Of a DNA stretch of 64,000 bases, positions 24,841-38,285 are shown piece after piece. The first letter of the stretch is position 1; each line of letters opens with the position of its first letter. Position numbers and translations under genes: made by a program. Origin of the DNA: Hamiltosporidium tvaerminnensis FI-OER-3-3 (lineage: Eukaryota; Fungi; Microsporidia); assembly GCA_022605425.2 (NCBI GenBank), contig JAKIMF020000007.1, positions 930,001-994,000 on the forward strand. Reading direction: 5' to 3'. The notes below the pieces were generated by a model. The model had not been told where the DNA came from. It was given only the letters and a program-made list of their open reading frames with translations, and searched no databases.

Positions 24841-26343
24841 TTATTCCAAAGTAAATTAATTATCAGTTTTTCTAAATAAATAAAATGTAATATTATAATT
24901 AAAAAATAAATTGATTATTTTTATATTTCATATAAAACTGTGTGCCAATTAATTATGAAATTTAATAATAAACCTAAATAAACTCTGAAATAATTTATCC
25001 TTTTATGAAGATTTATTAATTTTTAAGCATCAAATTTAGCAAAAAAAAGTAAAATGTATAAAAGTTTGTAAAATTCTAATCCTATTAAAAAATGATAATT
25101 ATAATAAAATAAACATCAAATATATTTTCTTTTTATCTAAATAGTTATTTTATATGTGATAAGAAATTTATTGGCACTTAAGATAATTTATTAACTTAGA
25201 TTTTTAGCAAACAAAAAATTTTCAAAATTATTTATAAGATTGAATTTTGTAAAAATAAAACAGTTTCGGTACAATGACCTCAAACATGTCTTTAAAAATT
25301 AAGCAATTGAATTATTCTGCTCTAAATTATACTTAGAAAAAAATCACCAAATAAAATTCCAAAAGTATTTTAATAAAGAAAAATAATTTATTTTTTTTCA
25401 AAAATGTTCAAATTAAAATTTGTTTTGAAATAAAAAATGATATTTAGATCTAAAATATATTACTTGATATTAGATAAAAAAAAACTACTAGTTTCAATAC
25501 AGAAACTTAGTTTAACCATTTATTAACTTATTAAAGCACATATTTTTAATTATATATTATATTTGTATTCTATTATGTTATATATCTTTGGATTTTCTAA
25601 TTAATTATTATAAATAATAATACATATTAAATCTTGAAATATAAAATTATTATTATGTACTTCATTTTATGATTAAATAATAAATTATATAAAAGAACTA
25701 AAACGATGAATATTAAAAATTTTAAAAACCTTTAGATTCTTTAAGAATTATGGCACAAAAAATAATTTATATTGAATAATTATAAAAACTTCTGAAATAA
25801 TCAAAATCCAAACAGGGAATATTTTTTACGAATATGGTCTTACATTATAAATTAAATTTTTGATTTAAAAATGACTTTAAAAGGAAATTTTTTTATTAAA
25901 TATTAAAGATATATTAGTTATTGTGTTTTACATAGACTAGTTTTGATTTTATGTTGAATATTTTAAAGTATATATTTTTTCTAGCATAATTTTTAAGTTA
26001 ATATAATTTATAGAGTTTTTATAGTTTTAACTTTTATATTTATTAAAATTTATTTTCTTTTAATGACTTTTTTAAATAATTATTTTTCATTGACATACTC
26101 TCGTTGTAAATATATTTTTAACTTATGAGTTTAAATTTATTTTTAGTTAATAATTTTAAGATATCTAAAATTTAATATAAGGTAATAATTCGTTCCAAAG
26201 ATGTATCAGGTTGTTACTATACAATTATAAATTAGTTGAAAATTACCTATTAAAATACTTTTGTTTGTATTTCTTCATTATGGTTGATCTAGAAATACAA
26301 TCTCTTATCAATAAAAATTAATTGGTTTAAATATAATACATAA

Positions 26344-26505
26344 AATATTATTTGCTATTTCTATCATAGTCGTACTATTAGTAATTAAAGTATGGAACCA
26401 ACAATCATTCTATGAATAATATTATTTGTTATTTCTATCATAGTCGTACTATTAGTAATTGAAGTATGGAACCAAAAATCATTCTAAATAATATTATTTG
26501 TTGTT
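26344..26505. repeat. ~73-bp tandem duplication immediately upstream of GAPDH
   Basis: ATATTATTTG.TATTTCTATCATAGTCGTACTATTAGTAATT.AAGTATGGAACCAA.AATCATTCTA occurs twice, plus a partial third copy. Confidence 0.85.
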
Positions 26506-26549
26506 TTTATCAAACATATTTATAAAATAAAAAAAATAGGAACCTTACA

Positions 26550-27539
<990 letters not shown>

Positions 27540-28578
27540 GTAAAAAAAATTGAAGTTTAATTTATTTTTTAGTCCTAAATAAATCCTTATTAAAACTTGT
27601 TCCTAAGTTATTAGAGATGATTGTCGCACCTATTCCATAATCATTACCGATTCCACAACTACATTAAATAAAAAATAAAGCTAAATTAAATTTTTAGTAA
27701 TTCAATTTTTCTTCGGTGAACATTTTTATAATAGGAGTTCAAATTTTTTCTGTTATATTCATATTTTGAAGGAAAAAAATATCTTGTATTGTGACAGTTA
27801 AATATTTTGACAAAAGTAAACTGATGTGATAAATATGTATTAGAAGAATTAAAAACGGATAAATTTTCCGAAAACCATTTTCTAAAATCAATAAAAATTT
27901 TTAGCTTAAAATGTGTGACAATAAAATTAATATTTTTTTTAACAGTTTGACTTGGATATCGAGACAAATATGTGGCTTGTATGAAAAATGATGCGGATGT
28001 ACACTTCATTCGTTTAAAATTTAATCCCAGTGGTGTGGCACTATTAAAGAGAATTTTATAGCAATCAAAAGGCGAAAAAAAGTAGAATGGTTAGCTTTTA
28101 TGCGTAAAAACTTAGAAAACTGTTTTCAGAAGTGGCAGTAATATATTTTTAGTAGAATGCGAAAGTAAACAAAAAATTGGTCGCAAAAATTGTATTAAGA
28201 AGTATTATTATGATGAATTATTTCATATTGGCAACAAAATGAATGATTAAAAGCTCGTTTCTTTTTATACCGCTTTTATTGGTAAAAGTGGTAAGTTTTT
28301 ACTTTTATTTTTCAATTTATCGCTTAATGATCGTTTTTTTCTTTGTTTTTTGTTTTTGCAATAATTTGCATTTCTTAATATAAGAAATATATGAAACTAT
28401 GAAAATGGTTTATTAGAAGAAATGAACTGAACAAATAAATTTATTGTATCAAATTGATCTAAAAAAATATTTTTAGAGTTTAAAAGTGAAAAAAATGTGG
28501 TTGTAACATATTTTATTCAAACAATAAAGTTAATATAATCATCAAAAGACAAAAATCTATTAAAAAAATGCCAAGAAT

Positions 28579-29742
28579 TTAATTCCTATGTTTTTTTTTG
28601 CGCAAGTAGTAAACAAATGCGAATGCTCCTATAACCAATAAAGATATAACTAATACAATTGAACTTAAAATAATTAGTTTTCGCCTTCGCTCTTTTTTTA
28701 GTATTAAAAAAACATCTTTTAGTTGATTGTAATAACTAAAAGTTAGATGTTGTATTGGCAAAACATCGTTACCTATGATAGCTCTATAGTATAGAATTTT
28801 TTGAGGCAATTGTTTACTTGATTCTTGCTGCGAGAATATTTCATTTGGTACTTCTTTCAACTTAGTAAATTCCTTTTTGTTTTTTGAACAACAACAATGC
28901 AATACAAAACTATATTCCGGGTGTTCAAAATAAAGTATTTTATCTTTAATTCGTATTTTTTTTCCATCTTTTAAAGCTTCAAAATTTTCAAAATTTGAGA
29001 AACAGAAGATAAAATTATAAATAACATTAAAAAATGGATGCAAAAGCGCCAAATCAGCTGTTATACGTTTTTCTGGATCATCTTCTAAGCACTTCTTAAA
29101 AAAATCATTTCCATCACGGCTAAAAGAATCATTTTGAGAAAGAATATTAATCATATACATCTTAGAACAATATCCGAAACTATAAACATCAGAGTTACAT
29201 CCATATTTTTCCCTATTTCTTCTTTCAGGTGCTAAATATGCAGCTTCCGGGTTTTTTTTTAGATCTATCTTCGGAAGATGGCTATAATCTGTATCCTCCG
29301 AAGTCACCACCGCCATGCCAAAGTCAATTACTTTAACTTTTAAATCATCTTCTAACATTACATTATCAAATTTAAAATCCATAAATATTATTTTTTGGTT
29401 TTGTAGAAAATTTAGAACATCCAACATTTGCTTCATTATTAACATAAAATTCCCTACAGTTTCTTTACATTCTTTAAGGTGTGCAAATAGTGTGATAGGT
29501 AGATATTCAAATAATAGATATTCATAGGTTTTGTCTTTATTCGATGCATAAAATTTAACGATATTTTCATGTTTTAAGTATTTTTTAAACAAGCTAACTG
29601 TGTGAAAAAATGCAGACAATTGAATTTTTTGTATTTTAAGAGCATATTTTTCTTTGGTTCGCATATTTTCTGCCAAATAAACTTTCCCTTGCGCTCCCTC
29701 GCCCAACAGCTTTATTAGGCTTATATTTATCGGAAACCCCAT
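28579..29742 (-). CDS. Divergent Ser/Thr kinase with Cys-containing C-terminal domain and C-terminal TM anchor
   Basis: LGEGAQGKV, YALK, HENIV, FMDFKFDN (in place of HRD), IDFG, YLAPE, SDVYSFG, RITA..AL.HPFF. Tail LIILSSIVLVISLLVIGAFAFVYYLRKKK. Confidence 0.9.
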   Translation of the reverse strand: MGFPINISLIKLLGEGAQGKVYLAENMRTKEKYALKIQKIQLSAFFHTVSLFKKYLKHENIVKFYASNKDKTYEYLLFEYLPITLFAHLKECKETVGNFMLIMKQMLDVLNFLQNQKIIFMDFKFDNVMLEDDLKVKVIDFGMAVVTSEDTDYSHLPKIDLKKNPEAAYLAPERRNREKYGCNSDVYSFGYCSKMYMINILSQNDSFSRDGNDFFKKCLEDDPEKRITADLALLHPFFNVIYNFIFCFSNFENFEALKDGKKIRIKDKILYFEHPEYSFVLHCCCSKNKKEFTKLKEVPNEIFSQQESSKQLPQKILYYRAIIGNDVLPIQHLTFSYYNQLKDVFLILKKERRRKLIILSSIVLVISLLVIGAFAFVYYLRKKKHRN

Positions 29743-31322
29743 TCACATACTAGATCTACTAGGGTTTGGTAAACTAATATTTGTACAATTCACACTGTAA
29801 AGAAATATTATTTGATATAGTACTATGATTGCGACCCCAAGAACATTTTTCTTCTGTAAATACATGTGGACCAGGAATAAAAATATTTTTATATAAAAAA
29901 TCATAGAATTCAATTTACCATATAAACCATTATATTATATTGTACCAATGTTTCTTTAAAATATTTTTTTTTTGTGATAAATTAAAATAATAATTTACAT
30001 TTTCCGTATAAAATTTCTCCCTTTAAACTAAAAAGTTTTTCAAAACATCCAATTAGATTTTATTGAATTATATGTTTTAATTTTTCTAATATTTTTTGAT
30101 TTCAAATATGTTATTATCATAATATAACAAGATAAATCAAATATACGATTGAATTTTTTTAATAACTAATTATTAGAAAGGAGAAATTCTAATATGCTAT
30201 AAATGATATATATTTGATTCTAAAACTTTTATTTATTATTTTCATATTTATGTAAATTTTTAAATTATAGTGGTTTATGAAATATTATATAATATAACGA
30301 TATTCAAATTATTATACGCAATTCTAGTAAAAATTTCTTAATGTAGTCGAGGCACATTCATTTTTCTACTGTAGATTTTCAATTTGTAATTACGAAAAAG
30401 AAGTTTTTCTTTTTCTCTAACACAGTCTCATTTCCTATTCGTTATAATGGAAAAAACGCAAATAAACCATGTAGTTACTGAATAAGATTACTAAATAAAT
30501 GATTTAAAACATAGATAGTTACCGTTTAAAGCCTGAAATTAACTATTTTCAGAAATTTCTTTGAACATTAATAAAATTTCGTTTGTAATTAATCACATCA
30601 TTATTTTTAAAACAAATTTAAAAGAAACTAGTGTATATGAAAAAAAGATGTAAAATGATATTATGTTTATAATATTTATCTATTATATTCATTTTAGAAA
30701 TAATGTAGCATGTTTCCATATTGGAATCTTAAAACATTGTAAATCATAGCCAAGCAAAAGATTCACTTACATACCTTTTATTTTACGAGATTTTTTTCCT
30801 GCAAGAATAATTTAGCTCCTGTAAGATAGCAAAGTTTTTGAGCGTACTTCTAATGTGATAAAGAATCGATAGAAACATGAATAACTATTTTACTTGGCTG
30901 ACTTTAAAATTTTTATACTAAACCCCAAAAGATATAATTAGTCAATATACATTAAAACTTTAGTAATGATATGATTTTAAAATTATTTAAATATTTTTTA
31001 TATGGAAACCTAAAAACCTGTAAGTAAAATAATTTTTGGTACATATGTAAATTCGAATATTTTTATAAGCTTACTATATATTTAGATTCTAAGTCTTAAA
31101 TTATTGTTTGTACAATCTGCAGAGTAAACAGGACTATTGTGAGATTTATTTAAAAGTAAATAAGAAACACATTTATTTATTTAATAGCTCGCCTCTTCCT
31201 TATAGATGGAACACAATCAAAGGATGAATCATAGCTTCGCCAAGTTATAGGCGTTCCGAAAACAATTTTTTTTGATTGGTTAGGTTGTCAGCCTTATGCA
31301 AACTTTACAAGCGAAAAAAAAG

Positions 31323-31394
31323 TGCAATAACCGGGGATCGAATCCGGCTTTAACGAAGTAAAGTTTGATTTCTTCACCACTAGACCATTGGCTA
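31323..31394 (-). pseudogene. tRNA-like pseudogene (Gly-like)
   Basis: Minus strand has A-box TGGTCTAGTGG, T-arm CCGGATTCGATCCCCGG, 3' TGCA and then a T8 terminator. The acceptor and anticodon stems do not pair properly. Confidence 0.6.
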
Positions 31395-31769
31395 TTAGGA
31401 AACACATATGTGAATAAAAAAATTAAATATGCGTTTGTAGACATTTTATATTTGTATGACAACATTAAGCAAATAAATATGATTTATGACTATAAAGACA
31501 AAAGGGCGGAATTTTCTAGTTTGGATGATACTATGTGTGTGATGTCAGCCATAAAGAACTGCACTTGCGCTTAGATCTACCCTGCGTTATATTTTCCGAA
31601 AATATATCTTTGAAGAGGTCTACACGGTCTTGAATTGCGATGTATAAATATGCTTCTGTTACTTTTGGTTGTCTGGAAAAAAACAATTAACTAAATACAT
31701 GAAAAGCAACCATTCTCCATTTAAATAATTCATAAAAAACCCATTTTTTTTAAATAGATGATTTCCTCA

Positions 31770-32862
31770 GTGTAAAAATAATAATGGAAACAAGAAGTCG
31801 ACAAAAAAAATTAAACGAATACACTATCCTAATACAAATAAAATAGAAAAACGAAAACTTCTTTCAAAACTATACAAGGCAAGGAAAAATAAATCGTTGA
31901 GTGTTGTTTACTTTTCAGATTCTGAAGAAAGAAAATATATTTCGGTAAATGAAGCAGTTTTTTTTTATATCTTAAAATAGAAAAGTATAAAAGGAACAAA
32001 AAAGGTGTGTATATACTATACTAAGTGCTGTTAAAAAGCAACACATTTGGATTCTTTTCGAAGAATCATGGTCATGACTATACCAGACGTCATAATGAAT
32101 CGTTAGATGTCTGGCATACCCATCTTATACATATAAGTTTAAGTCTACGAAACAGATTAGGAGTCACTCTTAAAGAAATTCTTGAAAACGAGCATGCTAT
32201 GATAAGAGCGAATACCAGGATAAAACCCGATGTCAAGATTAGAATATTAACCAGATATATTTATTTGAGACAAGGGGCAGAAAGGATAATACCAATGAAA
32301 ATGGAAATGGTTTCAAAGAGTAATCGAAAATTTGGAAACCAGAAAACTTGGGAAGTATGGCCTGCTAGCTTATAGGCATGTTTTTTTTTGTAGTTGAGTT
32401 AATATGATCATTTGTGGGATCTCCAGAAACAGCATTGTGATAAAATACATTAAGACATATGCTAAAACCTTACAACTACCCTTAAACGTAGAAGCATATA
32501 TACAATTCATAGTACTCAAGAAGACAGTCGAAATAATTTCTTTCAATCGACGAAGAGAACTTGAGTCTTGACCAAATGCCGAAAGAGCCGGAAGAGAACA
32601 TCATTATGTGTTATTTTGGGAGCTGAGATGCCAAAACAGCCAACATCCTCTTTAAAGCAAGCAGACAACTGAGAGGATGGCGATAAAACAGAAAATAGAA
32701 AAAATATTTTACCTCTTATTTTAAACCATAACCACCGTGAAAGAACCGACAATAAACATAAACGAAGAGTCGGATTTAGAGTAATATAACGAAGTGGTTA
32801 AAATAATGGAAAGAATTATCTAAACGATAAAGGTTTTATTCACTGAGATTTTTATCAAAAAT
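31770..32862 (+). mobile_element. Decayed 3' fragment of the R4-like RLE element
   Basis: GHDYTRRHNE, TRIK.DVKIR, NVEAYIQ.IVLKKTVE.ISF and EPT.NINEESDLE match 16100-17100; many indels. Confidence 0.85.
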
Positions 32863-33159
32863 ACTAAGGGCCCGTTCTTTTGATATACTACACAATTAAA
32901 TAAAATATTTATTTTATTTTATTTTGCTTTGTTTATTTTAATTTTAATTACTGTTTTTTTAAAACACAATGGTACATTTCCTAAAAATTTACTGAATTTT
33001 ACAAATATTTTATAAGTTTAAATGTATTATATCTTATACACGTAAATTCATAAAATTCTCAATTAGAAGAACAAAAACATTTGTTTATTACATACATACT
33101 TTGCAGATAAAACAATATTAAAAAAAATATATAAGAAATAGAATTTACTATAATAAATT

Positions 33160-35130
33160 TTAATATATTTTTCTTGATTCCTTAGCTATTTTTTTAATAA
33201 TCTTTGTAAGATTTAAAAGATGAGTTATATTATATAAACTTGAATTAGCAACGGATATTCGAAGGCATGAATTATATTCATCAAAGAGTAGAACTAAAGA
33301 AATTTCATTTTTAGCAATATATAAATCCTCTTCAATATCAATAATAAGAAATATTTCATTATTAATTGAATATTCCATAGATTCGATATCTTGTAAAGAT
33401 TTTACACGTTTTTTCCCTTCAATGAATGTTCTTTCGAGTGCATATTGGATTGTAGAACCATTGGAATATTTACCGCGATAATAATTTTCTAGGTCATCGA
33501 ACATTTCAGAAGAATCAATTCTGCCATCGAAATATATAAGTGGAATGGTATCATCGAAATCATGTGTAGTTTCTTTGTAATTATAGTATTTAATTGCCGA
33601 TTTTGAAATACCTTCAAAGTATTTGACTATTTCTGTTTTCAATTTATCGAACAATAAATTAAGTTTTTCATTAAATGGTATGGTGTTTTCCGTAATATTG
33701 ATTGAAGTTTCAAAAATATGATCTTCAGATATAAATATTGGTTCTTCGGTTCCTAGAGTATGTAATCTATAAATATTGTTATAATCATTCATTGAGTTTT
33801 CATTCAAAAAATATTTCTCTAGCGTTTTTAATATCATGTAAAAATCAATATTACGCGTATCACATCGTTTGTAAACTTTTAAAAATTGAAATATATCTGA
33901 AGCCACGTATTTTAGAAGTCCTCTTCCATCGTATACAACAAAATATTCAAATGTACAATCGTTAAGCTTGTTTTTGTAATATAATCTATATATTTCATAG
34001 GTTCTTAAGAGATTTTGTTCCATCTCGTCATCGGTGAAATATCTTTCATACCTAAATTCATAAAATAAAGAATTTAAGGAAACGAATTCCTCATTTTTAA
34101 CTTTCATATTCACCAAATCTCTTGTCTGATAGCCATCGAAATACACCCTTTTACCTTTTAGATATCTAAAAAATCTATCCACACATCCATCTTTACTTTG
34201 ATTTATCGGTAAAAGCTGGAACGATTCTAATAAAATTGAAATCATTGAATTATAATTTATGTTATAAGACTTGAAATGCTTCAAAGTTCTTAAACTATCG
34301 CTTGAAAGCATTGAAACATGTCCTTTTATTTTGTATTTGAATAACAATGTATTGAATTCTATACCTTGGCTAGTCAAGTGTTCTTCATATTGATTTATAT
34401 CAGTTTTGAGAAAATCTGGGATGTATATAATTACATTGTTTAAAACCTGGTTATTTTGTCCATAAATCTCTTGAAGTAGATTCGATATTATCGAGATATC
34501 TAAATTGGATAATTTTTCGTTAGAAAATGTTGCAATGTAACAATCATCGTTTCTATACTCCATGTGATCAGATTTCGAAAAAGATTTTTCAATTTTTGAA
34601 GCTATATATTTCAACCTGGATCCTGTCAATGTAAACTCACCAAATACTTTAAATGTTTTACCTATTCTGTCCTTTACACGTCTGTAAAGACACATACCTT
34701 TTTTGTCGAAAATATGACAGACATTATCATCACAACTTGATATATCAGTTTTCTCTTTAAAATAATTAGACGAATTAAGAAAATTATAGTGAGATTCTAT
34801 AATTTTTCTTGGTCCAAAAATTTCTTTTGGATTATATTTTAACGATGAACAATAGAAAGGTGTATTTTGATTATTTATAACGGTAATAATATCTTTCAGA
34901 AGTTCCGAATTTTCTTGTTTAATATCATAAAAAACAAAGTATTTTTTATTTTCACATGAGATATATGCTTCTTTCTGTTTTATTATACTATTGTGTACGA
35001 TATCATTGATACATTCACCAAATTTAATCTTATCACTTTTTATAGATTGAGAATATGCTTGTTTCATAGCAGTCAATTCCGCACAAAGACATTTACTTCC
35101 AAATACCAGCCAAAAAAAATTTACTTTCAT
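33160..35130 (-). CDS. Hypothetical protein, 656 aa, probable signal peptide
   Basis: Long intact ORF; N-terminus MKVNFFWLVFGSKCLCA; no recognisable domain. Confidence 0.85.
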   Translation of the reverse strand: MKVNFFWLVFGSKCLCAELTAMKQAYSQSIKSDKIKFGECINDIVHNSIIKQKEAYISCENKKYFVFYDIKQENSELLKDIITVINNQNTPFYCSSLKYNPKEIFGPRKIIESHYNFLNSSNYFKEKTDISSCDDNVCHIFDKKGMCLYRRVKDRIGKTFKVFGEFTLTGSRLKYIASKIEKSFSKSDHMEYRNDDCYIATFSNEKLSNLDISIISNLLQEIYGQNNQVLNNVIIYIPDFLKTDINQYEEHLTSQGIEFNTLLFKYKIKGHVSMLSSDSLRTLKHFKSYNINYNSMISILLESFQLLPINQSKDGCVDRFFRYLKGKRVYFDGYQTRDLVNMKVKNEEFVSLNSLFYEFRYERYFTDDEMEQNLLRTYEIYRLYYKNKLNDCTFEYFVVYDGRGLLKYVASDIFQFLKVYKRCDTRNIDFYMILKTLEKYFLNENSMNDYNNIYRLHTLGTEEPIFISEDHIFETSINITENTIPFNEKLNLLFDKLKTEIVKYFEGISKSAIKYYNYKETTHDFDDTIPLIYFDGRIDSSEMFDDLENYYRGKYSNGSTIQYALERTFIEGKKRVKSLQDIESMEYSINNEIFLIIDIEEDLYIAKNEISLVLLFDEYNSCLRISVANSSLYNITHLLNLTKIIKKIAKESRKIY

Positions 35131-38100
35131 AATAATCAGATTTCATTTTATTAAATAGTTTTGTAAATTCTTCAATTTATCATAAAAAATCTAATAAGGG
35201 TCTTAAGTATCTCTATATTACATTTTACAATGCCTAAAATCAGTTTTCAAATATATTTCAGGATTAAATTTAATTTATCAAATTAATTTGTTTAATTTTA
35301 AGAACAATCTGTTTTTATTATGTAATAGCTTATTTAAATTTATTAATTCGTATATCAGAAAGAAATTTAAATCTTATGTTAAAGTTAATGTTTTTATTAT
35401 CTTTATTATTCTAGAATTTCATTTTTGGTTGATTAGATTAAAACACAAAACAATTAAGAGTTTCAAGAAGGAATGTTGCTTTTTAATAAAAAGATATTAA
35501 AGCCTTTTTAATATGTGCAAACATTTTTAAACCATTTTTTATTGTAGCAAAAAAGGTAATAAGTATATTTTACCTGATTTTGGAACATAATGTTTTTCAT
35601 GTTTTTTGAAGACTTATTCTAACCTTCGAGTAAATCTTAAAAAAATATTTAGTTTCCATATTTAATCGACTGTCAATACTGAAAATTTTAAAAGATCCTT
35701 ATTCAGTTTTCTTCAATCGATATATTTTGCTTTTTAATAAATTTTAAACTATTAATCTGTGACTCGTTCTTTGTACGTCATAAATTTGCACTTATGTTTA
35801 ATTTTCGTTATGTAATCTTGAATTTTTGCTTTTTTTAACACTTTCGTTAAATACAACCATTTTAGTGTTGGTTTATGTCTTCGTTATATTTGTTTAGTTT
35901 ATATTGCTTCAGATATTTGGTTAACTCATGGTTCATATTTGATTTTTTTGCAATAAGTTAAGACTGTGTTGTGATCTGTTTATTTTAAAAAATTATTATG
36001 TTTTGGATGTTACTTTTATTTTTGGTTCTTTTTATCTTTAAATGACATAGAAATCCATATTTTTATTGCATAAAGCTCTCTTGTGGGCTTATTCTATGTC
36101 ATATATTGGTATTCATTGATATTCAGCCTCAATCGAAATTATTTCCATATGTGAAAATAAACGGACTGAATGTTTCGTACGAATTCTAAATACTGGAATA
36201 TGTCTCATTCATACTGTATTTCTGGTTTGAGGTACTCTAATGGTTTTTTTAGTTGCAATGCCTTTTCATTGAAACATAAAGTTTTTTATTTAATAAATAT
36301 CATATACTTTTATAAATGTCGATTATTTCATTTAGTTTCTTTTACATATAAGATGTTGTCAATTTCATACAACGAATACTTTAATAACATTCCTTTAAAA
36401 TGCTTTTGACAGTTATTCGCAACAATTATGCCTAAAATGTATGTGATATCCATTTATCGTCGAGGAAATTGCCAGAATTGTCATAATTTCCGATAAATAG
36501 GTAGATATACTTCCCGAACAACAGTTTCTTCATTAGTCACGAGTTTCTACTGAATAGAGATCCGGCTAAGACATAAATTTGCGACATTTATGTAGTATTT
36601 AGAGGCGCATAAATGCGACAGCAACTACTCAGATCTTTTACATAACTTATATAATTTGAAAAGTATTTTATGCTATATTCAAAGGCCTATATTCCGAAAT
36701 GAATTGATGGAGTTGGTTTTACGGCTTTGAAATATCAATATCCAAGGCCAAATCATTTTTTCCACACTATTCACGCAAAGAGCTGCAAACTAAGTTCATA
36801 GAAAAATTTTTATGGTTTCCATGATCTTCTTTCTTCTATACAAATCTCCAAAGAGCAACCTGAAATAAAAATGATTTTTATTTCTCCGAACATATATACG
36901 ATAATTTTACAGTATTGAATTTAATAATTTCAAACAGATGGTTTTTTTGTTTGTTTATTATTTCTTCATCGCGAAACTAAAAAATAAAATATTATTCTAC
37001 AATTAATTATAAACAAAACTGTTTCAATATTTACTCACCTATTCGAGTCATGTTCTACATCTCGAGGTTTAAGCATGAAAGAAAAGAAGGCCAAATATTA
37101 TGTTGCTGATCATTCTCTAGTATTTCCTGGTGGTGTTCTTTTGCACATAAAGCCGGTTTTAAGAGCCTAAACCATTTCAAAATTAACATGTTTTTCTATT
37201 TTCGCTAAAAAAAAACCTCTACTCTATTCCTATATATATCATCCTCAATTTTTTATCTCAGATCATTTATATAAAGTTCATCATTTATTTTTCTATTTGT
37301 TTCCTTTAATATGTTTTAATTCGGGGTTATAAGTGTTTTGCTTGACTAGACCGTGGTATATATCCCATACAATACCCCAAACAATGATTTTCACATTATT
37401 TTTACACACGCATTGCAAGTAGATGGTTTTTAATGTGTTAGGCTTACTTCACTTTCAACAATTAAACAACCGTACCAAATATTTTATATTGCCAAGTTTT
37501 GTTAAAAAAATTATAAATTTTCTTGCAGTAATGCAATAAGATACAAATTCATGAGAATTTTATACACAAATACTCAAAAAGGCATATAATATTCTAAAGG
37601 TATTAATTTTCTTCAAAAAAATGAACATTATTTAACAAAATATGAAAATTGAATATTTGCTGAAGCTGAGAATCTTTATCAAAAAATATTCCTAATTATA
37701 AATTAGATTGAGCGGTTTCTATATTTCAAAATTAACTTTATAATTCTGTAAATGTATTTTTTTCGTGTTTTAAAATATTTATAGATTTTTTACCCGTAAA
37801 AAAAGTCTACCGTTTATGATAAATTTACATAATAATAAATTTTATTTAAAGTACAAGTAGGAAATAAAATTCTAAAAAGATTTTAATTTGCTATTAATTA
37901 ATAATTACAAAAATATAATTTTTTATAGTTTATTCTGGAAATATAATGTGCTTTCAATTATTATTACTTGAATTTTGCTATGGTAAAACTGTATTCATAA
38001 ATAAGTTAAAATACAATGCACATATATTAATAATCTCATACAACATTTTATAGCTTAATAAGTTATAATCAAGCATTTATTCGTTTAATAAATCTAAAAA

Positions 38101-38285
38101 TTATTTCATTTTAAATATTTTTGTATTACCATATCTAAATATTTTTGCTTTATATCGTATCTAAATGATTAAATTAGATAACAGAAATATCTAAATAGTG
38201 TATTTAATATAAAAATAAAATTTATTAATTATATGATGATTATTAATGATACAGATATTGATTCCTAGCTATTTTTTGAATGCTT

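Noticed and set aside
35900-37500. Possible decayed MULE-like transposase on the minus strand
   Set aside because: Only faint motif resemblance, with no ORF and no termini identified.
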